From the human T2T-CHM13v2.0 reference genome, Homo sapiens: a stretch of DNA of 64,000 bases. Numbering within the stretch: position 1 is the stretch's first letter; each line of letters begins with the position of its first letter. The stretch lies in the NCBI RefSeq assembly GCF_009914755.1, contig NC_060939.1. One strand, 5' to 3'. The notes beneath the pieces are model-generated. The model did no database searches. It was not told where the DNA came from and was given only the letters and a program-made list of their open reading frames with translations. Below, one piece after another: positions 42,801-57,300 of this stretch. The translations under genes were made by a program, and so were the position numbers.

Positions 42801-45800
42801 CCATTCCATTTGATTCCATTCCATTCTATTCCATTCCATACAGTTGCATTCCATTGGATTCCATGCTATATCTATAAATTCAATTCGAGACCATTGCTTT
42901 TGAGTCCATTCTATATGATTCCATTCCATTCAAGTCCATTACATTTGGTTCAATTCCATTCCATTCCATTCCCTTCCATTCCATTCCAGTTGATATCAAT
43001 CCATTCGATTCCATTCCATTCGAGCACATTCCATTCGAGTCCATTCCATTCGATGCCATTCCATTTGATTCTATTCCATTAGTCTCCATTCAATTCCATT
43101 AATCTCCATTCCATTCCATTCTACTCCAACTGATTCCATTCCATTCTATTCCTTTCCATTCCATTTCATTCCATTCCATTCCATTTCATTCCATTCCATT
43201 CCATTCGTGTCCATTCCACTCCAGTCCATTCCATTCGTGTCCATTCCATTCCAGTCCATTCCATTTGTGTCCACTGCATTCCATTCCACTCCATTCCATA
43301 TTATTCCATTATACTCCATTCCATTCTATTACTTTCATTTCCATTCAATTCCATTCCATTTGATTCCATTCCACTCGGTTTCATTCCATTTGAGTCCACT
43401 CCATTCCATTCCATTCCATTCCATTCCATTCAGTTCCATTCCATTCTGTTCCATTCCATTCCGTTCCATTACATTCCATTCCATTCGGTACCATTCCATA
43501 TTGTTCCATTCGATTCCATTCGAATCCATTCCATTCCAGTCCATTCCATTCGATTCCATTCCATTCATTTCAATTCCATTCCCTTCCATTCCATTACATT
43601 CCACTTGATTCCTCTCCATTCCCTTCCACTGCATTCCGTTCGATTCCATTCCATTGCATTGCATTCCATTCCATTGGATTGCATTCCATTCGATTCCATT
43701 CCATTCGAATCAATTACATAGCAATCCATTACATTCGAGTCTATTCTATTCCGTTCCATTCGATTTCGTTCCAATCCATTCGATTCCATTCCATTCGATT
43801 CCATTCCATACTATTGCATTCCATTCTATTACATTATATTCGAATAAGTTCCATTCAAGACCATTTCTTTTGAGTCCATTCTATTTGAGTCCATTCCCTT
43901 TGATTCCATAACATTTGAGTCCATTCAATTCCATTCCTTTCGTTCCCATTCCATTTGATGCCATTCCATTCAATTCTGTTCTACTCGACTCCAATACATT
44001 CAATTCCATTCCATCCGATTCCATTACATTCTTTTCATTTCTTATCCATTTCAAGCCATTCCACTCCATTCCATTCCACTCGTTTCCTTTCCATTCGAGT
44101 CCATTCCTCTCCAGTCCATTCCGTTCAATCCATTCCATTCCAGTCCATTCCATTCGAGTCCGTTCCATTCCAGTCCACTCCATTCGAGTCAATTCCATCC
44201 CATTCGATGTCTTTCCATAACGATCCATTCCATTCTATTCCTTTCGATTCCATTCCATTCTATTTCATTCCATTCGATTCCCTTCCATTGGACTCCTTTC
44301 CATTCGAGTGCATTCCATTCCGTTCCATTTCTTACCGTTCTGTACGATTCCTACCGTTCGATTTCATTTTGTTCCAGTCCATTCCTTTCGCGTCCATTCC
44401 ATTCCATTTCACTCCATTCGATTCCATTCCACTCGATTCCACTTCGTTCCATTTCATTGCATTCCATTCTATTCAACTCTATTGCCTTCCATTCCATTCC
44501 ATTCGATTACATTCCATGCGATTCCATTCGAAATCGAATCAATTACATTGCAATCCATTACTATTGAGTCCATTTTATTCCAGTCCACTGCATTCTGGTC
44601 CATTCCATTTGATTCCATTCCATTCTATTCCATTCCATACAGTTGCATTCCATTGGATTCCATTCTATATCTATAAATTCAATTCGAGACCATTGCTTTT
44701 GAATCCATTCTATATGATTCCATTCCATTCAAGTCCATTACATTTGGTTCAATTCCATTCCATTCCATTCCCTTCCATTCCATTCCAGTTGATATCAATC
44801 CATTCGATTCCATTCCATTCGAGCACATTCCATTTGAGTCCATTCCATTCGATGCCATTCCATTTGATTCTATTCCATTAGTCTCCATTCAATTCCATTA
44901 ATCTCCATTCCATTCCATTCTACTCCAACTGATTCCATTCCATTCTATTCCTTTCCATTCCATTTCATTCCATTCTATTCCATTTCATTCCATTCCATTC
45001 CATTCGCTTCCATTCCATTCGTGTGCATTCCACTCCAGTCCATTCCATTCGTGTCCATTCCATTCCAGTCCATTCCATTTGTGTCCACTGCATTCCATTC
45101 CACTCCATTCCATATTATTCCATTACACTCCATTCCATTCTATTACTTTCATTTCCATTCAATTCCATTCCATTTGATTCCATTCCACTCGGTTTCATTC
45201 CATTTGAGTCCACTCCATTCCATTCCATTCCATTCCATTCAGTTCCATTCCATTCCGTTCCATTCCATTCCGTTCCATTGCATTCCATTCCATTCGGTAC
45301 CATTCCATATTGTTCCATTCGATTCCATTCAAATCCATTCCATTCCAGTCCATTCCATTCGATTCCATTCCATTCCTTTCAATTCCATTCCATTCCACTT
45401 GATTCCACTCCATTCCCTTCCACTGCATTCCATTCGATTCCATTCCATTGCATTGCATTCCATTCCATTGGACTGCATTCCATTCGATTCCATTCCATTC
45501 GAATCAATTACATAGCAATCCATTACATTCGAGTCTATTCTATTCCGTTCCATTCGATTTCGTTCCAATCCATTCGATTCCATTCCATTCGATTCCATTC
45601 CATACTATTGCATTCCATTCTATTACATTATATTCGAATAAGTGCCATTCAAGACCATTTCTTTTGAGTCCATTCTATTTGAGTCCATTCCCTTTGATTC
45701 CATAACATTTGAGTCCATTCAATTCCATTCCTTTCGTTTCCATTCCATTTGATGCCATTCCATTCAATTCTGTTCTACTCGACTCCAATACATTCAATTC

Positions 45801-48800
45801 CATTCCATCCGATTCCATTACATTCTTTTCATTTCTTATCCATTTCAAGCCATTCCACTCCATTCCATTCCACTCGTTTCCTTTCCATTCGAGTCCATTC
45901 CTCTCCAGTCCATTCCGTTCAATCCATTCCATTCCAGTCCATTCCATTCGAGTCCGTTCCATTCCAGTCCATTCCATTAGAGTCAATTCCATTCCATTCG
46001 ATGTCTTTCCATAACGATCCATTCCATTCTATTCCTTTCGATTCCATTCCATTCTATTTCATTCCATTCGATTCCCTTCCATTGGACTCCTTTCCATTCG
46101 AGTGCATTCCATTCCTTTCCATTTCTTTCCGTTCTGTACGATTCCTACCGTTCGATTTCATTTTGTTCCAGTCCATTCCTTTCGCGTCCATTCCATTCCA
46201 TTTCACTCCATTCGATTCCATTCCACTCGATTCCACTTCGTTCCATTTCATTGCATTCCATTCTATTCAACTCTATTGCCTTCCATTCCATTCCATTCGA
46301 TTACATTCCATGAGATTCCATTCGAAATCGAATCAATTACATTGCAATCCATTACTATTGAGTCCGTTTTATTCCAGTCCACTGCATTCTGGTCCATTCC
46401 ATTTGATTCCATTCCATTCTATTCCATTCCATACAGTTGCATTCCATTGGATTCCATGCTATATCTATAAATTCAATTCGAGACCATTGCTTTTGAGTCC
46501 ATTCTATATGATTCCATTCCATTCAAGTCCATTACATTTGGTTCAATTCCATTCCATTCCATTCCCTTCCATTCCATTCCAGTTGATATCAATCCATTCG
46601 ATTCCATTCCATTCGAGCACATTCCATTCGAGTCCATTCCATTCGATGCCATTCCATTTGATTCTATTCCATTAGTCTCCATTCAATTCCATTAATCTCC
46701 ATTCCATTCCATTCTACTCCAACTGATTCCATTTCATTATATTCCTTTCCATTCCATTTCATTCCATTCCATTCCATTTCATTCCATTCCATTCCATTCG
46801 TGTCCATTCCACTCCAGTCCATTCCATTCGTGTCCATTCCATTCCAGTCCATTCCATTTGTGTCCCCTGCATTCCATTAAACTCCATTCCATATTATTCC
46901 ATTACACTCCATTCAATTCTATTACTTTCATTTCCATTCAATTCCATTCCATTTGATTCCATTCCACTCGGTTTCATTCCATTTGAGTCCACTCCATTCC
47001 ATTCCATTCCATTCCATTCCATTCAGTTCCATTCCATTCTATTCCATTCCATTCCGTTCCATTACATTCCATTCCATTCGGTACCATTCCATATTGTTCC
47101 ATTCGATTCCATTCGAATCCATTCCATTCCAGTCCATTCCATTCGATTCCATTCCATTCATTTGAATTCCATTCCATTCCATTCCATTACATTCCACTTG
47201 ATTCCTCTCCATTCCCTTCCACTGCATTCCGTTCGATTCCATTCCATTGCATTGCATTCCATTCCATTGGATTGCATTCCATTCGATTCCATTCCATTCG
47301 AATCAATTACATAGCAATCCATTACATTCGAGTCTATTCTATTCCGTTCCATTCGATTTCGTTCCAATCCATTCGATTCCATTCCATTCGATTCCATTCC
47401 ATACTATTGCATTCCATTCGATTACATTATATTCGAATAAGTTCCATTCAAGACCATTTCTTTTGAGTCCATTCTATTTGAGTCCATTCCCTTTGATTCC
47501 ATAACATTTGAGTCCATTCAATTCCATTCCTTTCGTTCCCATTCCATTTGATGCCATTCCATTCAATTCTGTTCTACTCGACTCCAATACATTCAATTCC
47601 ATTCCATCCGATTCCATTACATTCTTTTCATTTCTTATCCATTTCAAGCCATTCCACTCCATTCCATTCCACTCGTTTCCTTTCCATTCGAGTCCATTCC
47701 TCTCCAGTCCATTCCGTTCAATCCATTCCATTCCAGTCCATTCCATTCGAGTCCGTTCCATTCCAGTCCACTCCATTCGAGTCAATTCCATCCCATTCGA
47801 TGTCTTTCCATAACGATCCATTCCATTCTATTCCTTTCGATTCCATTCCATTCTATTTCATTCCATTCGATTCCCTTCCATTGGACTCCTTTCCATTCGA
47901 GTGCATTCCATTCCGTTCCATTTCTTACCGTTCTGTACGATTCCTACCGTTCGATTTCATTTTGTTCCAGTCCATTCCTTTCGCGTCCATTCCATTCCAT
48001 TTCACTCCATTCGATTCCATTCCACTCGATTCCACTTCGTTCCATTTCATTGCATTCCATTCTATTCAACTCTATTGCCTTCCATTCCATTCCATTCGAT
48101 TACATTCCATGCGATTCCATTCGAAATCGAATCAATTACATTGCAATCCATTACTATTGAGTCCATTTTATTCCAGTCCACTGCATTCTGGTCCATTCCA
48201 TTTGATTCCATTCCATTCTATTCCATTCCATACAGTTGCATTCCATTGGATTCCATTCTATATCTATAAATTCAATTCGAGACCATTGCTTTTGAATCCA
48301 TTCTATATGATTCCATTCCATTCAAGTCCATTACATTTGGTTCAATTCCATTCCATTCCATTCCCTTCCATTCCATTCCAGTTGATATCAATCCATTCGA
48401 TTCCATTCCATTCGAGCACATTCCATTTGAGTCCATTCCATTCGATGCCATTGCATTTGATTCTATTCCATTAGTCTCCATTCAATTCCATTAATCTCCA
48501 TTCCATTCCATTCTACTCCAACTGATTCCATTCCATTCTATTCCTTTCCATTCCATTTCATTCCATTCCATTCCATTTCATTCCATTCCATTCCATTCGC
48601 TTCCATTCCATTCGTGTGCATTCCACTCCAGTCCATTCCATTCGTGTCCATTCCATTCCAGTCCATTCCATTTGTGTCCACTGCATTCCATTCCACTCCA
48701 TTCCATATTATTCCATTACACTCCATTCCATTCTATTACTTTCATTTCCATTCAATTCCATTCCATTTGATTCCATTGCACTCGGTTTCATTCCATTTGA

Positions 48801-48830
48801 GTCCACTCCATTCCATTCCATTCCATTCCA
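39900..48830 (+). repeat. Local higher-order repeat: ~3.6-kb A/B dimers nested in a 7196-bp four-unit period
   Basis: CGTGTGCATTCC occurs at ~41417, 45020 and 48613, and CAGTCCACTCC plus TCTTACCG mark the units at 40352/43955/47548. GCCATTGCATTTG and TTGCACTCGG occur only at ~41251/48447 and ~41580/48776 (offset 7196). Confidence 0.75.
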
Positions 48831-49699
48831 TTCCAATCCATTCCATACAGTTCCATTCCATTCTGTTCCATTCCATTCCGTTCCATTTCATTCCATTCCA
48901 TTCGGTACCATTCCATATTTTTCCATTCGATTCCATTCGAATCCATTCCATTCCAGTCCATTCCATTCGATTCCATTCCATTCCTTTCAATTCCATTCCA
49001 TTCCATTCCATTCCACTTGATTCCACTCCATTCCCTTCCACTGCATTCCATTCGATTCCATTCCATTGCATTGCATTCCATTCCATTGGACTGCATTCCA
49101 TTCGATTCCATTCCATTCGAATCAATTACATAGCAATCCATTACATTCGAGTCTATTCTATTCCTTTCCATTCGATTTCATTCCAATCCATTCGATTCCA
49201 TTCCATTCGATTCCATTCCATACTATTGCATTCCATTTGATTACATTATATTCGAATAAGTTCCATTCAAGACCATTTCTTTTGAGTCCATTCTATTTGA
49301 GTCCATTCCCTTTGATTCCATAACATTTGAGTCCATTCAATTCCATTCCTTTCGTTTCCATTCCATTTGATGCCATTCCATTCAATTCTGTTCTACTCGA
49401 CTCCAATACATTCAATTCCATTCCATCCGATTCCATTACATTCTTTTCATTTCTTATCCATTTCAAGCCATTCCACTCCATTCCATTCCACTCGTTTCCT
49501 TTCCATTCGAGTCCATTCCTCTCCAGTCCATTCCGTTCAATCCATTCCATTCCAGTCCATTCCATTCGAGTCCGTTCCATTCCAGTCCATTCCATTCGAG
49601 TCAATTCCATTCCATTCGATGTCTTTCCATAACGATCCATTCCATTCTATTCCTTTCGATTCCATTCCATTCTATTTCATTCCATTCGATTCCCTTCCA

Positions 49700-52600
49700 T
49701 TGGACTCCTTTCCATTCGAGTGCATTCCATTCCGTTCCATTTCTTACCGTTCTGTACGATTCCTACCGTTCGATTTCATTTTGTTCCAGTCCATTCCTTT
49801 CGCGTCCATTCCATTCCATTTCACTCCATTCGATTCCATTCCACTCGATTCCACTTCGTTCCATTTCATTGCATTCCATTCCATTCAACTCTATTGCCTT
49901 CCATTCCATTCCTTTCGATTACATTCCATGCGATTCCATTCGAAATCGAATCAATTACATTGCAATCCATTACTATTGAGTCCATTTTATTTCAGTCCAC
50001 TGCATTCTGGTCCATTCCATTTGATTCCATTCCATTCTATTCCATTCCATACAGTTGCATTCCATTGGATTCCATTCTATATCTATAAATTCAATTCGAG
50101 ACCATTGCTTTTGAATCCATTCTATATGATTCCATTCCATTCAAGTCCATTACATTTGGTTCAATTCCATTCCATTCCATCCCCTTCCATTCCATTCCAG
50201 TTGATATCAATCCATTCGATTCCATTCCATTCGAGCACATTCCATTTGAGTCCATTCCATTCGATGCCATTCCATTTGATTCTATTCCATTAGTCTCCAT
50301 TCAATTCCATTAATCTCCATTCCATTCCATTCTACTCCAACTGATTCCATTCCATTCTATTCCTTTCCATTCCATTTCATTCCATTCCATTCCATTTCAT
50401 TCCATTCCATTCCATTCGCTTCCATTCCATTCGTGTCCATTCCACTCCAGTCCATTCCATTCGTGTCCATTCCATTCCAGTCCATTCCATTTGTGTCCAC
50501 TGCATTCCATTCCACTCCATTCCATATTATTCCATTACACTCCATTCCATTCTATTACTTTCATTTCCATTCAATTCCATTCCATTTGATTCCATTCCAC
50601 TCGGTTTCATTCCATTTGAGTCCACTCCATTCCATTCCATTCCATTCCATTCCATTCAGTTCCATTCCATTCTGTTCCATTCCATTCCGTTCCATTGCAT
50701 TCCATTCCATTCGGTACCATTCCATATTTTTCCATTCGATTCCATTCGAATCCATTCCATTCCAGTCCATTCCATTCGATTCCATTCCATTCCTTTCAAT
50801 TCCATTCCATTCCATTCCATTCCACTTGATTCCACTCCATTCCCTTCCACTGCATTCCATTCGATTCCATTCCATTGCATTGCATTCCATTCCATTGGAC
50901 TGCATTCCATTCGATTCCATTCCATTCGAATCAATTACATAGCAATCCATTACATTCGAGTCTATTCTATTCCGTTCCATTCGATTTCGTTCCAATCCAT
51001 TCGATTCCATTCCATTCGATTCCATTCCATACTATTGCATTCCATTCGATTACATTATATTCGAATAAGTTCCATTCAAGACCATTTCTTTTGAGTCCAT
51101 TCTATTTGAGTCCATTCCCTTTGATTCCATAACATTTGAGTCCATTCAATTCCATTCCTTTCGTTTGCATTCCATTTGATGCCATTCCATTCAATTCTGT
51201 TCTACTCGACTCCAATACATTCAATTCCATTCCATCCGATTCCATTACATTCTTTTCATTTCTTATCCATTTCAAGCCATTCCACTCCATTCCATTCCAC
51301 TCGTTTCCTTTCCATTCGAGTCCATTCCTCTCCAGTCCATTCCGTTCAATCCATTCCATTCCAGTCCATTCCATTCGAGTCCGTTCCATTCCAGTCCATT
51401 CCATTCGAGTCAATTCCATTCCATTCGATGTCTTTCCATAACGATCCATTCCATTCTATTCCTTTCGATTCCATTCCATTCTATTTCATTCCATTCGATT
51501 CCCTTCCATTGGACTCCTTTCCATTCGAGTGCATTCCATTCCGTTCCATTTCTTACCGTTCTGTACGATTCCTACCGTTCGATTTCATTTTGTTCCAGTC
51601 CATTCCTTTCGCGTCCATTCCATTCCATTTCACTCCATTCGATTCCATTCCACTCGATTCCACTTCGTTCCATTTCATTGCATTCCATTCCATTCAACTC
51701 TATTGCCTTCCATTCCATTCCTTTCGATTACATTCCATGCGATTCCATTCGAAATCGAATCAATTACATTGCAATCCATTACTATTGACTCCATTTTATT
51801 TCAGTCCACTGCATTCTGGTCCATTCCATTTGATTCCATTCCATTCTATTCCATTCCATACAGTTGCATTCCATTGGATTCCATTCTATATCTATAAATT
51901 CAATTCGAGACCATTGCTTTTGAATCCATTCTATATGATTCCATTCCATTCAAGTCCATTACATTTGGTTCAATTCCATTCCATTCCATTCCCTTCCATT
52001 CCATTCCAGTTGATATCAATCCATTCGATTCCATTCCATTCGAGCACATTCCATTTGAGTCCATTCCATTCGATGCCATTCCATTTGATTCTATTCCATT
52101 AGTCTCCATTCAATTCCATTAATCTCCATTCCATTCCATTCTACTCCAACTGATTCCATTCCATTCTATTCCTTTCCATTCCATTTCATTCCATTCCATT
52201 CCATTTCATTCCATTCCATTCCATTCGCTTCCATTCCATTCGTGTCCATTCCACTCCAGTCCATTCCATTCGTGTCCATTCCATTCCAGTCCATTCCATT
52301 TGTGTCCACTGCATTCCATTCCACTCCATTCCATATTATTCCATTACACTCCATTCCATTCTATTACTTTCATTTCCATTCAATTCCATTCCATTTGATT
52401 CCATTCCACTCGGTTTCATTCCATTTGAGTCCACTCCATTCCATTCCATTCCATTCCATTCCATTCAGTTCCATTCCATTCTGTTCCATTCCATTCCGTT
52501 CCATTGCATTCCATTCCATTCGGTACCATTCCATATTTTTCCATTCGATTCCATTCGAATCCATTCCATTCCAGTCCATTCCATTCGATTCCATTCCATT

Positions 52601-53200
52601 CCTTTCAATTCCATTCCATTCCATTCCATTCCACTTGATTCCACTCCATTCCCTTCCACTGCATTCCATTCGATTCCATTCCATTGCATTGCATTCCATT
52701 CCATTGGACTGCATTCCATTCGATTCCATTCCATTCGAATCAATTACATAGCAATCCATTACATTCGAGTCTATTCTACTCCGTTCCATTCGATTTCGTT
52801 CCAATCCATTCGATTCCATTCCATTCGATTCCATTCCATACTATTGCATTCCATTCGATTACATTATATTCGAATAAGTTCCATTCAAGACCATTTCTTT
52901 TGAGTCCATTCTATTTGAGTCCATTCCCTTTGATTCCATAACATTTGAGTCCATTCAATTCCATTCCTTTCGTTTGCATTCCATTTGATGCCATTCCATT
53001 CAATTCTGTTCTACTCGACTCCAATACATTCAATTCCATTCCATCCGATTCCATTACATTATTTTCATTTCTTATCCATTTCAAGCCATTCCACTCCATT
53101 CCATTCCACTCGTTTCCTTTCCATTCGAGTCCATTCCTCTCCAGTCCATTCCGTTCAATCCATTCCATTCCAGTCCATTCCATTCGAGTCCGTTCCATTC
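49700..53200 (+). repeat. Recent 1809-bp single-unit tandem duplication
   Basis: Anchors are 49367/51176/52985 and 50433/52242 (offset 1809). The copies share TTTTATTTCAGTCC, CCTTTCGATTAC, CATATTTTTCC and one extra CATTC. Confidence 0.8.
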
Positions 53201-54399
53201 CAGTCCATTCCATTCGAGTCAATTCCATTCCATTCGATGTCTTTCCATAACGATCCATTCCATTCTATTCCTTTCGATTCCATTCCATTCTATTTCATTC
53301 CATTCGATTCCCTTCCATTGGACTCCTTTCCATTCGAGTGCATTCCATTCCGTTCCATTTCTTTCCGTTCTGTACGATTCCTACCGTTCGATTTCATTTT
53401 GTTCCAGTCCATTCCTTTCGCGTTCATTCCATTCCATTTCACTCCATTCGATTCCATTCCACTCGATTCCACTTCGTTCCATTTCATTGCATTCCATTCT
53501 ATTCAACTGTATTGCCTTCCATTCCATTCCATTCGATTACATTCCATGCGATTCCATTCGAAATCGAATCAATTACATTGCAATCCATTACTATTGAGTC
53601 CGTTTTATTCCAGTCCACAGCATTCTGGTCCATTCCATTTGATTCCATTCCATTTTATTCCATTCCATACAGTTGCATTCCATTGGATTCCATGCTATAT
53701 CTATAAATTCAATTCGAGACCATTGCCTTTGAGTCCATTCTATATGATTCCATTCCATTCAAGTCCATTACATTTGGTTCAATTCCATTCCATTCCATTC
53801 CCTTCCATTCCATTCCAGTTGATATCAATCCATTCGATTCCATTCCATTCGAGCACATTCCATTCGAGTCCATTCCATTCGATGCCATTCCATTTGATTC
53901 TATTCCATTAGTCTCCATTCAATTCCATTAATCTCCATTCCATTCCATTCTACTCCAACTGATTCCATTCCATTCTAATCCTTTCCATTCCATTTCATTC
54001 CATTCCATTCCATTTCATTCCATTCCATTCCATTCGTGTCCATTCCACTCCAGTCCATTCCATTCGTGTCCATTCCATTCCAGTCCATTCCATTTGTGTC
54101 CACTGCATTCCATTCCACTCCATTCCATATTATTCCATTACACTCCATTCCATTCTATTACTTTCATTTCCATTCAATTCCATTCCATTTGGTTCCATTC
54201 CACTCGGTTTCATTCCATTTGAGTCCACTCAATTCCATTCCATTCCATTCCATTCCATTCCATTCAGTTCCATTCCATTCTGTTCCATTCCATTCCGTTC
54301 CATTACATTCCATTCCATTCGGTACCATTCCATATTGTTCCATTCGATTCCATTCGAATCCATTCCATTCCAGTCCATTCCATTCGATTCCATTCCATT

Positions 54400-57300
54400 C
54401 ATTTCAATTCCATTCCATTCCATTCCATTCCATTCCATTACATTCCACTTGATTCCTCTCCATTCCCTTCCACTGCATTCCGTTCGATTCCATTCCATTG
54501 CATTGCATTCCATTCCATTGGATTGCATTCCATTCGATTCCATTCCATTCGAATCAATTACATAGCAATCCATTACATTCGAGTCTATTCTATTCCGTTC
54601 CATTCGATTTCGTTCCAATCCATTCGATTCCATTCCATTCGATTCCATTCCATACTATTGCATTCCATTCGATTACATTATATTCGAATAAGTTCCATTC
54701 AAGACCATTTCTTTTGAGTCCATTCTATTTGAGTCCATTCCCTTTGATTCCATAACATTTGAGTCCATTCAATTCCATTCCTTTCGTTTCCATTCCATTT
54801 GATGCCATTCCATTCAATTCTGTTCTACTCGACTCCAATACATTCAATTCCATTCCATCCGATTCCATTACATTCTTTTCATTTCTTATCCATTTCAAGC
54901 CATTCCACTCCATTCCATTCCACTCGTTTCCTTTCCATTCGAGTCCATTCCTCTCCAGTCCATTCCGTTCAATCCATTCCATTCCAGTCCATTCCATTCG
55001 AGTCCGTTCCATTCCAGTCCAATCCATTCGAGTCAATTCCATCCCATTCGATGTCTTTCCATAACGATCCATTCCATTCTATTCCTTTCGATTCCATTCC
55101 ATTCTATTTCATTCCATTCGATTCCCTTCCATTGGACTCCTTTCCATTCGAGTGCATTCCATTCCGTTCCATTTCTTTCCGTTCTGTACGATTCCTACCG
55201 TTCGATTTCATTTTGTTCCAGTCCATTCCTTTCGCGTCCATTCCATTCCATTTCACTCCATTCGATTCCATTCCACTCGATTCCACTTCGTTCCATTTCA
55301 TTGCATTCCATTCTATTCAACTCTATTGCCTTCCATTCCATTCCATTCAATTACATTCCATGCGATTCCATTCGAAATCGAATCAATTACATTGCAATCC
55401 ATTACTATTGAGTCCATTTTATTCCAGTCCACTGCATTCTGGTCCATTCCATATGATTCCATTCCATTCTATTCCATTCCATACAGTTGCATTCCATTGG
55501 ATTCCATTCTATATCTATAAATTCAATTGGAGACCATTGCTTTTGAGTCCATTCTATATGATTCCATTCCATTCAAGTCCATTACATTTGGTTCAATTCC
55601 ATTCCATTCCATTCCCTTCCATTCCATTCCAGTTGATATCAATCCATTCGATTCCATTCCATTCGAGCACATTCCATTCGAGTCCATTCCATTCGATGCC
55701 ATTCCATTTGATTCTATTCCATTAGTCTCCATTCAATTCCATTAATCTCCATTCCATTCCATTCTACTCCAACTGATTCCATTCCATTCTATTCCTTTCC
55801 ATTCCATTTCATTCCATTCCATTCCATTTCATTCCATTCCATTCCATTCGCTTCCATTCCATTCCTGTCCATTCCACTCCAGTCCATTCCATTTGTGTCC
55901 ACTGCATTCCATTCCACTCCATTCCATATTATTCCATTACACTCCATTCCATTCTATTACTTTCATTTCCATTCAATTCCATTCCATTTGATTCCATTCC
56001 ACTCGGTTTCATTCCATTTGAGTCCACTCCATTCCATTCCATTCCATTCCATTCAGTTCCATTCCATTCCGTTCCATTGCATTCCATTCCATTCGGTACC
56101 ATTCCATATTGTTCCATTCGATTCCATTCGAATCCATTCCATTCCAGTCCATTCCATTCGATTCCATTCCATTCCTTTCAATTCCATTCCATTCCATTCC
56201 ATTCCACTTGATTCCACTCCATTCCCTTCCACTGCATTCCATTCGATTCCTTTCCATTGCATTGCATTCCATTCCGTTGGACTGCATTCCATTCGATTCG
56301 ATTCCATTCGAATCAATTACATAGCAATCCATTACATTCGAGTCTATTCTATTCCGTTCCATTCGATTTCGTTCCAATCCATTCGATTCCATTCCATTCG
56401 ATTCCATTCCATACTATTGCATTCCATTCTATTACATTATATTCGAATAATTTCCATTCAAGACCATTTCTTTTGAGTCCATTCTATTTGAGTCCATTCC
56501 CTTTGATTCCATAACATTTGAGTCCATTCAATTCCATTCCTTTCGTTTGCATTCCATTTGATGCCATTCCATTCAATTCTGTTCTACTCGACTCCAATAC
56601 ATTCAATTCCATTCCATCCGATTCCATTACATTCTTTTCATTTCTTATCCATTTCAAGCCATTCCACTCCATTCCATTCCACTCGTTTCCTTTCCTTTCG
56701 AGTCCATTCCTCTCCAGTCCATTCCGTTCAATCCATTCCATTCCAGTCCATTCCATTCGAGTCCGTTCCATTCCAGTCCATTCCATTCGAGTCAATTCCA
56801 TTCCATTCGATGTCTTTCCATAACGATCCATTCCATTCTATTCCTTTCGATTCCATTCCATTCTATTTCATTCCATTCGATTCCCTTCCATTGGACTCCT
56901 TTCCATTCGAGTGCATTCCATTCCGTTCCATTTCTTTCCGTTCTGTACGATTCCTACCGTTCGATTTCATTTTGTTCCAGTCCATTCCTTTCGCGTCCAT
57001 TCCATTCCATTTCACTCCATTCGATTCCATTCCACTCGATTCCACTTCGTTCCATTTCATTGCATTCCATTCCATTCAACTCTATTGCCTTCCATTCCAT
57101 TCCATTCGATTACATTCCATGCGATTCCATTCGAAATCGAATCAATTACATTGCAATCCATTACTATTGAGTCCGTTTTATTCCAGTCCACTGCATTCTG
57201 GTCCATTCCATTTGATTCCATTCCATTCTATTCCATTCCATACAGTTGCATTCCATTGGATTCCATGCTATATCTATAAATTCAATTCGAGACCATTGCC

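Noticed and set aside
31194-47169. Sporadic EcoRI sites (31194, 35755, 47164)
   Set aside because: These are independent single-base variants at non-homologous positions, useful only as mapping markers.
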